Assembly: GCF_036321535.1 (NCBI RefSeq) | Contig: NC_087436.1 | Coordinates: 110,052,001-110,116,000, forward strand | DNA: 64,000 nucleotides | Reading direction: 5' to 3' | Origin: Camelus dromedarius | Taxonomy: Eukaryota | Made by a program: the position numbers and the translations under genes | The notes under the pieces: model-generated | What the model was told of the DNA's origin: nothing | Seen by the model: only the letters and a program-made list of their open reading frames with translations | The model's database searches: none | Part shown: one piece after another, positions 12,826-25,778 of the stretch | Layout: each line of letters starts with the position of its first letter | Numbering within the stretch: the first letter of the stretch is position 1

Positions 12826-13484
12826 CAGAAGAAAAAGTTCAGGGCACACAATAATCTCTTAATGTTGTGTGTAAAATATTCTGCTCATGACTGTGTAAAC
12901 ATTCTCCACCAAGCTGCATGACTACAACCATCTACTCTAGTCTATTGTGACAGGTTTCTAATTGTACTTTTATCTCTGCCCTTTGCCCTTTCAACTTCCC
13001 CATACTCTACTTTCATGTGAACCATCCTAATCTGCTGCTTTACACATGTGACCACGTCGAACCCTTCAGAACTTCACCTGTATCTGCAGGATTCTCATAA
13101 GCCTGACTTACCAGAATTTCCACCTCTCAACTCCAACTATCTCTCCAGTTATAGGATCAGCTGTCACAAAATGCCATTTCCCCTCTCTCACTAGAGTATT
13201 TGTTCTCCTTATTTCTTCTACCTTTATTTTCTTTCTTTATCATTGTTTTAATATCACCTTTCTTTTAAAGTCCATTTCAAATTTTACTTCTCTACAAAGA
13301 TTTCTTAGAATGTTCTCTGGATCTCATACTCTAAGGAACCAAAGACTTGGAGAGATATCATAAAATACTTGGAGTTCCGTGTCAGAACCTCCATGGATTT
13401 TCTTGTGTCTTGTTCATAGGTTGGGGATCAGATACAACTTTGAGCATTAGCCTTTACATATGCTAACTGGGTACCATCAGAAAA

Positions 13485-13610
13485 AAAATCAGCTCACTTG
13501 TCTGAACTTTAGTTTCCTCATCTGTAAACTAGATGTAGTAACCCCTGCCTCATAAAAATACTGTGGAAATAAAGTGAGAAAAATACTTAAAGTTCTATGT
13601 ATGACTGGCT
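13485..13610 (+). mobile_element. MIR core
   Basis: tctgaactttagtttcctcatctgtaaactag...gtggaaataaagtgagaaa. Confidence 0.75.
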
Positions 13611-14259
13611 TCATTTGTCAAAGCTTTGTTATCTTCAATATACATCACTAGTCCTCTAATGTTTAAGCATCCCTCATCCAGGAAATTGAAATTCAAGCGT
13701 TATACTATATTATTAAAAAATGTGGAGAGTTAGATTTTCTCAGTATATATATTGGCACATCAAATTTATCTGTGGAATAAACAGAAATTTTATAATTTAA
13801 AAATCAAACATTCAAATAATAATTTTCAGCTTTTGAAATCAAATATTCATATCATACAATGAAATGTTCAATGGTTTGCTCTGAAGGGTTTAGAAGACTA
13901 GAATGGTAACTCAATATGTTTGGTCCCTTTCCAAATTTTTGTTTTAATCCCATGGATCTCCTAATGGTATGACCCCACAAGCAAAAGGAGAACTACCAAA
14001 AAAAAAAAAAAATCTAGTTGCAGGATAAAATTCAGGATTGAATGTGATTGTGTTATATTTATATAACCTTTTAAGAATTAGATATGTTTGAATAAAGCAC
14101 CATCACTTGCTTTCCCAAGATGATGGTTTCATTAAAAAGCCTTTCTGCTGAAACCTGGAATGCGTTGCCTGGATAAGCAGGTCAGAGTTCACAATAGAAA
14201 CTGTTCACACAAAGCATGTTCAAAACCACCAGAAAAAAATTTAAAATAATAGTATCTTC

Positions 14260-14298
14260 CTGTGTGTGTGCGTGCGTGTGCATGTGCGTGTATGTGTA
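14260..14298. repeat. (TG)n imperfect microsatellite
   Basis: tgtgtgtgtgcgtgcgtgtgcatgtgcgtgtatgtgt. Confidence 0.75.
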
Positions 14299-14961
14299 CT
14301 CACACTTTACAACAGGAAAAAGAAGAAGTGAGCATGAATGTGAGAAAGAGGAGCCAGAGGAAGATGGGGATGCTGGGGCGGGATTTAAATGAGCATTTCA
14401 CATACTGCTACACTATCTTGCAGTGATAAGATGGTGCAGCCTAAAGACATTTATGGCCGTCTGGAGAGAGGTAATCTTTGACAAGAGAGAGGAAAACAAA
14501 CCACATTTATCTCTGATGATTTATCAGATTTATAACCATAAATCTTAAACCAGAATACTCAGGGCATTCCTTTACCTTTTGAAGCTGTAAAACAGAGCTT
14601 CTCTACCTGTCTTGTGTCTCCCAACTCAAATTGAGGGCCTGTCATTTGTGAGCTGGGATACGCCGGGGTGAGAGGAGGCATCACAGAGGGTCAGTGCCGG
14701 GAGAGTTGTGTGTCAGCCAGAAGGGCTGGTTTCCTCCTCTCACTGCATGTGGAATGCTGACCATGATGAATGGAGTCCAAAGGAACTGCATTGTTCGTAT
14801 CAGGCATCTGACAGAGAATTGTCAGAATGTCTTAAAGAATTCCAGGGAAGCAGATTTCTTCTTTCTGTTTCTGTTCTCTTTCTTTTCTTCCTGCAACTTT
14901 TGTTCCAATAATTGAACATATATCCAAAGATGAAGCAGAACTGTAGGTCATTTGTTCTTTA

Positions 14962-15765
14962 AATTATTTATTGAGTCCATTTTTATTGGGCACACACCAC
15001 TTCTGTAAATAACATATATGAAAGTACTACTCTCATAGAGCTTACATTTTATACAGAAGATAAATATATCAGATCTATTAGATAAGTTAAATGTACATTA
15101 ATTCCCATGACAGTATGAAAAAAAGGTGTGGTTAAAGGGAACAAAGAAAGGATGAGGGAGCAGAAGGTGGTCAGTTGTTTGAGATAGGGTGGTCACTATA
15201 GGGCTTTAAGCCGTGGGGATATCTGATAGAAGCTATGAACAAAAGAATGGAGTGAGCCAAGGTATCATTTGGGATAAAAGTTTCAAGCAGAGGAAAGACC
15301 AAGTGCAAAGTCCCTGAGACAAAAGTACATCCTGATAAAGGAAAAAAAAAAAAATGGTAGGAAGAAAGTTTGATAGCAGTGGGCCAGGTCACTAAAATTT
15401 TTTTTTTTTTTTTTGGTCAAAATAAAGCCAGTACATCATAATATGAGTGAGATGGGAAGACAGAGGTGGGTTTTTGAGCAGTGGATCGAACTGACTTCTG
15501 CCTAGGGGAAGGAGGAGATAGAAGAATCAAGATCCAGACGAGAGATGGAAGAAGGAGGCTATTGCAATTGTCTAGGAATGGACTGACTAGATTTGGAACA
15601 GGTGATGTTGGACAGAAGTGCACAGATCCTGCCTGTATTTTGACCATAAAGAGGGCAGATTTTGATAGATTGGATGTGGACTGTGACAGACACTGAGGAA
15701 TTAAGTCTGACTTCAAGTTTTGGAGAATAAACAACCAGAACAACAAATGTGACATTTGCTGAGCT
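14962..15765 (-). mobile_element. L2 LINE (L2a-like)
   Basis: ttatttattgag...ctctcatagagcttacatt...gcagaggaaagaccaagtgcaaagtccctgag...ggaggctattgcaattgtctagg...gatagattggatgtgg. Confidence 0.8.
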
Positions 15766-16329
15766 GCTGGGTTTTTGGAGTTTTTTGCTAGTACCAAAAT
15801 ATGCCCAAATAATATATGCATATATAAATTCTGCATATGTAATATGTGCAGAAATAAATGCTAGCTTTCAAATGACTTCTCTAAGAAGAATGTCTGCTTG
15901 GTACATATAATACTGCTGCACAGCTCAGAGTAGTTAAAGTCCTTCTTTGGAATTTCATTCGATTAATGAAACATACAGAATATTCAGTCTCATTTAATTT
16001 CATTTTTAAAACCAAATAGCAGAGTATATTTACCTTAATTTTGTCTCTTTCTAAAACATGACTTCCAATGTATTAGACATGAAATATTGTAGGCATTGTA
16101 GATAGTGAATATAAAAGGTAGCAAAAAGAGAAAATTGAAAAAATTTCATTGTAATATTACATGTGCAAGTAACTAGTAATCCCCAATAAAGGACATAAAC
16201 TCTCCAGACTTATTTACCAAAATGGTACTAGTTTGTCTCTAATCCTACATATAAAACATTTAAACTTTACACAGTTCTGCTATAAGAGTAAATATTGCCA
16301 GCCGGGTCTATGGCAGGTACTGTTGCTGC

Positions 16330-16750
16330 TGACCAGTCTCCAGCCCCTGCTCCCCACCTGTTTGTTGCCAACAGAACCCAATGTTGTTTGGAGCAACAAC
16401 ATGCCCAGATATGGATGATGGATCATAATTTGGTCCCAGCCAATCATGACAATCCTTTTCCTCACTTTCCCAGTTTCCCTTGCTGTTAGAGGCTGCCATG
16501 TGACCCAGCTCTGGTCAGAGCTGGATCTCTGTCTGTTACTGTGAACTAAGCAAAGCCAACAGAGAGGCTTTTGGGGAAGGTTTTGTAGCCCCATTCCTCA
16601 TCTTTCTCCTGTGAATGTGGGTGTGATGTTTGGATCTGGGGCAGCCACCTTGCTGCCATGAATAAAAGATCAAGACAATCATCCACACCTGTCCCTTCCA
16701 ACATTTGGCTCTGTAAGAAAATTATAGCCTTATTTGTTTAAAAAAAAAAA
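16330..16750 (+). mobile_element. MaLR LTR, MLT1K/L-like
   Basis: gccaacagaaccc...ggctgccatgtgacccagctctggtcagag...gtgatgtttggatctggggcagccaccttg. Confidence 0.65.
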
Positions 16751-16784
16751 AGAGCAAATATTGGAGTCTCTCAGGAAAGGTTGG

Positions 16785-17580
16785 AAAGTCAGTTAGGATT
16801 AAATTTGGATGCATGTAAAAAAAATAGAAAGGGAATGAAAGATAGAGAAAGAGAGATCAAAAGAAAAATCTAAGACTTTGTGCTGTAAATATATAAAGAT
16901 GTGTTTTTCCTAAATAACAAGAAGTCTAGAGGTCGCAACCCAAGATAGATGACCTTGGACGAAGGAAATCAATGCCCAAGCTCCTTCTAGCTTTCTACTT
17001 TACTGTGTTAGCCTGTAGCTTTCACGATTATGATTACAAGGGATATGACTTAACTCCAGGCTCATGACTGAGTCCCAGGAATGAAAAACATGAGAATGGA
17101 GAGAATAAAAGACAAAAGTCATGGTCAACCTGAACCTTCTGCTTCTACCAGGAAAACAGTAGTTACCACAAGCCCCATCCTGTAGAATTCTGCTTATATC
17201 TTGATATACAGAACTGGCTTCCACAGACATCATTCATTTTGAATAGGAGTGATTTGTGTTGTTTTTGTAACTGCTTCTTTTCTCTTCTTTTTTTTTTTTC
17301 ACTTTACGTTGAACAATAATTAACATATCAAAAGATGTTTGTATGAAAAAGATACAGTGTGATAAATTTTTACAACTGGAACATACCTTAAATCCAGTCT
17401 GTGCCCAGATCAAGGCACAGGATGTAAGCAGTACCCTTGCCCTCTGCTCAGACTCTCACTCAGTCACCGAGTCCTAGAGTGACGAGTAAAACTTTTTAGT
17501 GAGCATATTGCTGGTGTGGATACCTGTAGAAATGAAGAGAAGAGTGGATGTCAGATGTGAAAAAAGCTGTGTTTCCCACA
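16785..17580 (-). mobile_element. Old MaLR LTR (MLT1L/M-like) with a nested L1M fragment
   Basis: agtcagttaggatt...aaataacaagaagtctagagg...ttctgcttatatcttgat...ends tgtgtttcccaca. Confidence 0.5.
17285..17485 (-). mobile_element. L1MD/ME 3' fragment
   Basis: poly-T then actttacgttgaacaataattaacata...tacagtgtgataaatttttacaa...cccagatcaagg. Confidence 0.6.
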
Positions 17581-18354
17581 GAAATATGAGGTCTAAATTG
17601 CAATTGGGAAGGAGGGTATAGGATGATAAAGGCTTGGATATAATGGAATGGTGTCATGGATGAAACAAGACAATAAAATAATGGACATGGAGACTTAAGA
17701 AGCAGGAAAAGAGTAAGTAAGCAGAGACCTCAGTTGAGAGCTGAAAAAATTGTTAATTTCAGTGTGTTGCCTACAGTTGCCAAAGAGAACTGAGTACTTT
17801 CCTCATCAGTCCTTACCCCCTTCCCCACCTGTTACTATGCTTGTTTAAGATACAGCATGCTTTTTTGATGGTGAGAAGCAAAGTTAATTTACATTTACAA
17901 GTGGAGAAAGGAGACTCTGGACATCGGGAGAAAAAAGCAATGTTTTTGGAGTTACCTTGAGAACTGGACCATATTTTCTCGAGGTCCTTAGACCATGCCC
18001 AGTTGCCTTTGGTTTTTGAATTAAATTATTTCTCATAACATTCTTCATTCTTTCTTCTTACCTTAAATTGGTAGTGATTGTTGATACTGAAAAAATTATA
18101 TTGAAATACGTAGGCAGAAATGTCTTTTTCTGAGTGTGAGTTCCTTGTCTTTTTAAAGTAACTTTTGTTCAACAAACCCCTATTTATAATCATTAGTTTT
18201 GCATCAGTAAAGCATTGCTTTACTTTACAACTGACAGTTGTAATGAAAATAAAATATTTCCAAAGATAAAAGATAAAATGGAAGTCCAAGGGAGGAAAAT
18301 TGCTAATTCATAGCTATCCTTAATTGAATAATTACAAGGTGACAGAAAATCTAT

Positions 18355-18482
18355 TTTAGCAATGGGAGCACTGAGACTCCTAGAAATTTATCATTTCGTG
18401 CAAGATAATGCAACTAGTAGAGAGAGGTCATGATTTGAACCCAGGGCACTATGACTCCAAAGACTGTGACCTTAATTACTCT
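18355..18482 (-). mobile_element. MIR
   Basis: gcactgagactc...caagataatgcaactagtag...gatttgaacccagg...tgactccaaag. Confidence 0.75.
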
Positions 18483-19714
18483 ATAAAAATTTGGAATAAC
18501 CAATTCAACGTCTTAATAATACAGATAACACCTTACTGTGCACTGGAAGATTCAGACTGTAACCCTCTTTGGAAACTGGTAATTAGGTATGCTGAATTGC
18601 AAATCAAAAGTCTTGACTTCTGTAAGATATTGGGCATTAGACATCTCTGGGTAATTCATCTGGCTTCACTGATAATCATTTATTTCTAAATTCTGTTTTT
18701 TAATAATCTGCAGGTCTGTGGAGTAGTTCACATGCATAAAGTTATTTCCTCTCTGAGCCTCATTTGGTCTCATCCATGGAACAAAGACACACTATCACTG
18801 ATGAACATTTCCTAAAATTTGGAGCAACATGAAATTCAGGAAAAAGCCTCCCTTTGAGGTAGGAAACTCTAAGCTCTTAAAAGAATGAAAATGTTTTTAT
18901 TTTATTTAATCACTGTATCCTCAGGACTAACAGTAGTTACATGGACTTTGTAAACAGGAATTAATTTTTTTTAAATAAAAAGTAGGAAGTGAGAAGGAAA
19001 TCACCTCTAAAACAGATATTTTTCTCAATAATGTTTTTAAATCAATTTTAGAAGCCAATCTTTCATTTTAAAGAAATGTGCCATCAAGTTTTTTAAGATT
19101 TCAAGCTAGAGCTCCATAGAGTAAGTGGATGATTTCTGTAATTTAAGGCACAGCAGGGAGACAGGCAATAACTCACACCACCAACTTTGTAAAGTCCAGA
19201 AGAATAGAAGAATACCAGGTCAAACGCTGGTGCTAGAGCCCCCAGGTCAAACTGGAAATCTTCCCAGGTTGATGTCCATTCTACCTGGGCAGGTCTGTAC
19301 ACTCACTAAGGTAGCTCATTTTTCTCTGCATACACTAAGTCCATTCTGGGCAGATGCACCTGTAAATTCTGACCTGGACCAGAGGCTTCCTCCTGGCGTG
19401 AAGTTTTCTAATTAGGAGTCTAGTCAGTAGTTTCTTCCAGGCCAACTCCGGAACTTCTCACTTCCTGAAAGATACAGTGAAACTTGATTGGTGATTCCTC
19501 CTGGAAAACACAAATGCCCCAAAACAACCCCGTCTCCCAGAAATGTCTGTAAAGCATCCACTTACAAGTATAGTTTTCTAAGAACCAGTTTTTATAAATG
19601 ACAAGAGACAGCAAATGTAGGAGTGAGGGGAGGAAGTGGGTATGTCAGGGTGATAGTTCTGTGATCCAGTAGAGTAGAGAATTCTGCACACTGAAGTCGT
19701 AGATTTTAGCCCAT

Positions 19715-20112
19715 TTTCCTGCATCTCACAATTCCATGGGTTAGACTGGGATCAGCTGGGTTGTTTCTCCTCTGGCCTCACTGGGGTGTCTCATGTGTTT
19801 TACTCAGATGGCAGCTGTGGCTGAAGATGGATGTCTGCTCTTTCGTGCTCCTTCATTTGGCCTCTCTCTCCACATGGCAGGTTATTCTCCGTCCTCTTTT
19901 CGTGGGGCCATTTTCTCTGGCAGCCTAGTTTGGGTTTCTTTGGTGGCTCAGGCTTTCAAGAAAAAGAAAGCAGAAGCCAAAACTCGGAGGTTTCAAAATA
20001 TCACATCCTCCACATTCTATTGGTAATATCAACTGTAGGTTTAAGGGAGAGGATAAAAGTTCCATCTCTTAAAAAAGACTGGCCACCACAGGTGTGATTC
20101 ACTTAAACTACA
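19715..20112 (-). mobile_element. MaLR LTR (MLT1H-J-like)
   Basis: atctcacaattccatgggttagactgggatcagctggg...ctctctccacatggc...tcacatcctccacattctattggt. Confidence 0.6.
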
Positions 20113-20429
20113 AATGTACATACAGTTGGTTGTTAGTATTATTACATCAGTGTCACAGGTGCTTTCCCGGAGATTTGCCATTCAGATAACAGCTTTGTGA
20201 CTGTCAGTATCAAGGGGAAGCTGTCAGTACTGTGGTAAGATAGACTTCACGGTGGGGAAATGGGAGCTCACACGTCTGCAGCTGAACTAAAATATACTGG
20301 TTCATGTAATATGATGAAAAGACAGTCACTTTGGTGTAAGGAAAACTAGAGGATAGTGCCTGCCTCTGGAACTCGCTAATTCGGTGACAGCAAATGCTGA
20401 AAATATTCTGAGTCTCAGGTCATCTGCGC

Positions 20430-20930
20430 TAGTGTTCCAACTACTGTAGCCAACTACTCCAAGTGGCTTAAAGTAAAACAACACAATTTGTTCCTGGATC
20501 AGCAATCTGGTAAGGAGGAGAGGAAAGTTTTTCTCTGCTTCTCACCATCCGCTGGGGTGGCTCAAAAAACCTCAAAAGAGGAAAACCTGATGTTTCTCGC
20601 ACTCACGCACTGGGCCTTGGACCTGAATGGCTGTGGAATAGAACAGCTGGGCTCCTGGAGCCAGTCTCTCTGTCTCCACATGGCTGCTGAAGCACACTGA
20701 GTTCAGGGGAGCTGAACTTTGTTCATGGACATGCAGGGCTCTGAAGACCTAGGCCAGGGAAGGGGAGACCCAGAAAAAGATGGTTGGAAATTGTATAGAA
20801 TTTACATAACATTCTGTTCATGAGAAGTGAGTCATTTAATGTTGATGCAAATTCAAGGGGTGGGGAGTTCAATCCCATCTCTTATGAGAAAATCGTCAAA
20901 GAATTTGCCGACATGTTTTAAAACTTAACA
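20430..20930 (-). mobile_element. MaLR LTR (MLT1H-like)
   Basis: aactactccaagtggcttaaa...ctctctgtctccacatggc...aaattcaaggggtgggg...aagaatttgccgacatgttttaaaacttaaca. Confidence 0.65.
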
Positions 20931-22389
20931 GCTCTGGTAAGATGTTATCAACCTTAAATTAGCGGCTGATGCAATGAATGTCAGTGGATGCTCAGTTTAC
21001 GTTCAGTTTCTTTTTCTCTCCACCTGGGCTGTATCCTCCTATTGTATCCCTACTTCAGCATCCTAAAATATCATTAAAACATATTCAGATAGAGCATTGC
21101 TTCAAGATCCCCTGTGTCACGGTTCTGTCTGGAATCTTCAGGATGTGCTCAAGCAGATTCTTCTCTGCTGATTGAGGTATCTGCCTAACATCAGCCTTCT
21201 CAGAAGGCTCAAGCGATCTTTTAAAAGGGCTAGTTTGGGGCAGGATGAACCAGGCACCAGCTTTCTTCCTGGGAAGTCAGCCTCTCCCCCACTACCTGGC
21301 AGGATGTCAACTTGCTGTCGGGTAGTGTGTTGGCTCCAGGTAGCTCCGGTATTGAAATCCAGCCCAGGAAGAATGTAGAGACAATCTCTGAAATCTAGAC
21401 GAGGCTGAGAAGGTCGGACTCTAGTTTTAATTCTGCTTCTAACTATACAAATTAGGGCAGTTATCTCTGCCTCTCTGAGAATTAGTCGTTTTGCTCGTTT
21501 CTAACACCATGACCTTGGCTTCCTGGTCAGCGTCACATCTTAAAAGTTTCAGCTAAACTATCATTGCCTCTATTTTAATTGGATTCTCTCAAGGTAGAAT
21601 AACCCGTCTCTTTTTGTGTTTCCACAAAAATATGTATGCACTTCAGTTACAAAATCTATAATGCTTTATCAATTCCTTTTTATTTTCTTGTCTGTTTTCC
21701 CTTACGAGGCTATATACCTCCTGTGGAAAAAGCAGACATCTCAGGCATCACTTCGTCTCTAGTGACTGGCCCATCACTCCTCAGTATATGTGACATAATG
21801 CACGAAAGGGGAAAAATGGCTGTGCTGGCATCACCCAGCCATTCTATTCCTTATGGCTGCTGAGAGATCACCAAACAGCAACACAGGGACCAATGTGCTT
21901 TTCGTGTATTAATTCATTTCTCCATGTAATATGGTTTTATTATAATTAATTTTATGAAGTGAGTAACAAGAAAAGAATAGTGAAACCATCAGGTGAAAAT
22001 ATAGAAAAAGAAACAGGAGTGTGTGTTTCTACTCCTTGCTGAAGCGAAACAAATGTGGTGTCCTTGGTTTCTTAAATTTCCTGTTTTCAGTGGAGCTTAG
22101 GTAAAATGGTACATGGATGTTAAGGGAAGAGTGACCAGTGTATTGACAAGATTTGAGCTGATGTCGTATGTGTGAGTAATAAAGGGCCTGAAGTTTTTTG
22201 TTTGTTTTTCGTTTCTATTTTTTTTTTTTAGCCTGGAGAAACAGAAGCTCAGGACTCCAAGATCCAATGATAATCGATTTGACTTGTGTAGAGGGCTGTC
22301 AAATGAAGAAGAGATTTAAGATTTTTGTTTAGATCTAGCAGCAGAATCCGGATCAATGGGTAGATGTTGAAAAGAGGCATCATACAAAA

Positions 22390-22630
22390 TGATTATGGAC
22401 CTGGGCTTCAGCATCAGACAACAAAGGTTAAACTCTCAGCTCTGCTATTCACTAGCTGTGTTTTTGGAAATAAGTGACTTAATCTTTCTGAACCTCATTT
22501 TTCTAATTTCTAAAATGGAGATTTCTAAATTGGAGACACCTTATAGAGATATTTTAAGGATTAAATGAAGTGGGAGAAATAATTCTGTTTAACCCAGTGC
22601 CTGGGCCATGGTGAAAGCTCAGTCAGCCAT
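22390..22630 (+). mobile_element. Near full-length MIR
   Basis: ctgggcttcagcatcagac...cagctctgctattcactagctgtgt...aagtgacttaatctttctgaacctc...aaggattaaatgaag...cagtgcctgg. Confidence 0.8.
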
Positions 22631-23744
22631 TGTGAGGCTGGATCTGATCACCTTTATAGCTGGTTCTCATTTTTATTTTCCAGACCTAAGAATTTAAAGT
22701 CTGCAAAGACAAGACCACAGACTTCTTAGATTAGCAAGCCGTTTCTGCACGACAGCAGAGCTTGGATGACATCATGCAGAAGGCAGACTGTCCTCAGAAT
22801 GGCAAAGGGTGTAACCAGGAAACGCAGAGACCAGGAGTCATTTCTAGGAGGGCAGGCATGGAACTGAGGCAAGAGTAGGGGCTAATATCTTTCAAGGACT
22901 GTAAACCATCTATCAGAACCTTTGCTCATAATTTTGTCATTATTTATTATCACAACAACCCTGCAAGTGGTGGTTTTTTTTTTTTTTTTTTTTTAATAAG
23001 AAGGCTGAGGTTATTTGGTTCAAAAGATATAAGGGCAAATGAAACTTAGGAATTCAGTTGAAGGAATTCATATTGTAGTTGAGAAGAAAAATAAAACAGT
23101 ACTCCCAAGTATGTTTATGTTATTTATAAAGCCTTGTTATACAGAGTACTGAAGATTTAGCCCAGCGATGTACTGGTCATAAAGGCAGAAGTGGAAAGAG
23201 AAGTCTTCCCTTCCGGACACATATCTCCATTAATATACCCATCACTGCATTAGCCTTGTTTGACAGGAGCTCCATACTAGTGAATCATGTTGAATTTACT
23301 AATAATAAGAATGATAGGTACCATTTATAAGAGTTGTTATGTTTGTTATGTGCTCTAGACACATTTAGACACAATTTTGAGAGTTTGGTAAATTTTCTTT
23401 TGAGAGATGTGGATATTCAACCCTATAAAAAATATTTAACATTCTCCAATTCACGTAACTCTGAATTGGGGAATAGAGGCGTTGGGATGAAAAATGTGAT
23501 TACCAAATGCTAACACCACATTTTACTCCTGTGCAATGGGACAAACTGCCATGGTCAAGTCCAAAGCAAGTCAGAGACCCACAAAATGTTCCTAAGAGTG
23601 GGGTAAGTGAGAGATGCTTGAAGGTCCATTTGATCCGCACACTGGGATAGAAAGACAGGACTCAGGTGTGTGGGACAGTTTCATGGCAGGGTGTCAGAAC
23701 ACCAACTATCTCCATGAAGACACATGAATTGCAACCCGGAATGA

Positions 23745-23860
23745 CACTGTGTGGTAAAGGAAAGAGTTCCAGACTAACAATTAGGGGATTTGAACTTGGG
23801 TCCTATTTGCTGTGTAACGTGGGACTAAGTGAACGTCTCTGAACCTTGTTTTCACTATGA
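23745..23860 (+). mobile_element. MIR
   Basis: gtggtaaaggaaagag...tgctgtgtaacgtggg...aacgtctctgaaccttgttttc. Confidence 0.65.
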
Positions 23861-25734
23861 CCACAACAAAAAAAAAATTGGAAGAGTAAATTTTAAATAC
23901 ACTGTTCATCTGAAAAAAGTTATTGTTCTCAGTTTCTCAAATAGCAAAACCCAGTCCAATGTCTGGCATTTGAATTATGCATTTTTTTTCCTACAAATGT
24001 GGGTGCTTTAGAATTTCAGACAATGGAAATATCATCAACAAACAGAAACATTCGCAATTCTCATGTGGATCCAGTTAAAACTCTTCTAGTCTGAAAACTT
24101 GGGTGATAATTTTAACTAATTATTGTATTTTTCTCTTGATTGAATATTTTGGCAAGAAATTTTAAATGCAGTGTAACTTGGACTGTTTTGGAATTAGAAT
24201 CAGGTGACACCATGTTTTTACACCTCAAAATAATTTTGATAGGTATTTTGGCACAAGTTGCTCAAGAAATTGGCTTTAACATTAGAGCAAGGAAATGCAT
24301 TCAATTGCTACCAGAAATGTGTCCTGTGGGAGTTATATAAAATAAATTCAGGCTTAACAATGTTCGAAGAGAAAATTATTTTTGAGTGTGCTTCTTTTAA
24401 ATGCAAATGGAATTTGAAGTTGTACTTTGGCAGTCTCTAGCCCAGTGGAGTTTTATAACCACTTATTTTATCATTCCTCTTCTCCACTGTGTATCCAGAG
24501 CACCCAGGCAACCAAGTGACTAGAATGATCCCTTTGTATTTTTCAATGTCTAAAACATGGCAGTCTTTTTGTAGGCGATAAGGCAAATCTCTACCGCAAA
24601 GCATTTTTAAAATCCACTCTGGGTTCTTGATGTTTACATGCAAAAAGATTTTGGACAATAAATTACCATTATTGTCTACTAAAATGTACCCATGTGACTT
24701 AGAAAGCAAGTCCGTATGCTCTTTACCTCCTCATATGAGCTTTCATCAGGAAGATATTTTTAGTTGAATTTATAGACATTCTCATACCACACACACTCAT
24801 GGCCACAATGTCATGATTATAATTGATATATATATATAATTATATAATTGATCATCTAAAAGAGAACCAAGCTAAAAAGGTTGACCTATGACAAAATGGC
24901 TATTGATTATTCATGAACAAATTAATTGTATGATAATATTTTATTTTAGGAGTCATATTTAACTGTATGTGAACAAACTATTTTAAATTCCCTTAAATCT
25001 TCATTTTTAAAAGAGTTATTTTTACATCAACTGATACATTAAACAATTCCTTCTGATGTACAACTAGTCACTCAGCAATTCCTCCTGATATAAGTTTGCT
25101 GATATTTTATTAATTTAATAAAGTTATCATACAGATCACTATAATCAATTAAGCAATAATTACATTTCCAAATTTGTGATAATCTTTGCCCTAATACTGT
25201 GGACACAAGGTGCAATATTTTTTTCTGACTTTAGGCACTTTGTTATTCAATGTGGGTTGAGAGCAGGAATTTGTACCTAAATTCACATGGTGGTCATTTG
25301 TTGGTTGTTTCCTGAGAGAAAACCGATAGATGAGACATAATTTAAGAATTGGGCACCAATCCATGAAGCATTGAGCCTTCAGAGTTAAGAAAAAGCTCAG
25401 TGAGTAAAATTTGAAAAGTCAAAAAGTTCTTCAAAAAAGTAAACCTTAAACTGCAGTCTTTTAAGGAAGCATAGGCTGTAGCGAAGGCCAAAAGAGCTGA
25501 GCTGACGTTGTGCAAAAACACGCAGGGAGGGGAGTATCACCAAGCACAGAGATTTGTGGAGAGTGATTGTAGTTTAACCTGTTATATATTTTGAAAATCT
25601 TACCCTTATTTGGCTCAAAGGCAGCATCAATTATGCCCATATTATTTTAGTTTTCCCTACGCCATCACTAAAGTTTTGTAATATATAAAACTCTCAGTAC
25701 ATTTAATGTAAATTACCTGTATTCCCAATAAACA

Positions 25735-25778
25735 ACGCACACACACACACACACACACATTCTCTCTCTCTCCCTCTC
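25735..25778. repeat. (CA)n(TC)n compound microsatellite
   Basis: acgcacacacacacacacacacacattctctctctctccctctc. Confidence 0.9.

Noticed and set aside
17606..17622. ggagggtatag resembling a SINE head
   Set aside because: Only about 11 nt match, with no A-box continuation and no TSD.
24812..24853. AT-rich quasi-palindrome
   Set aside because: Explained by (TA)n low complexity.
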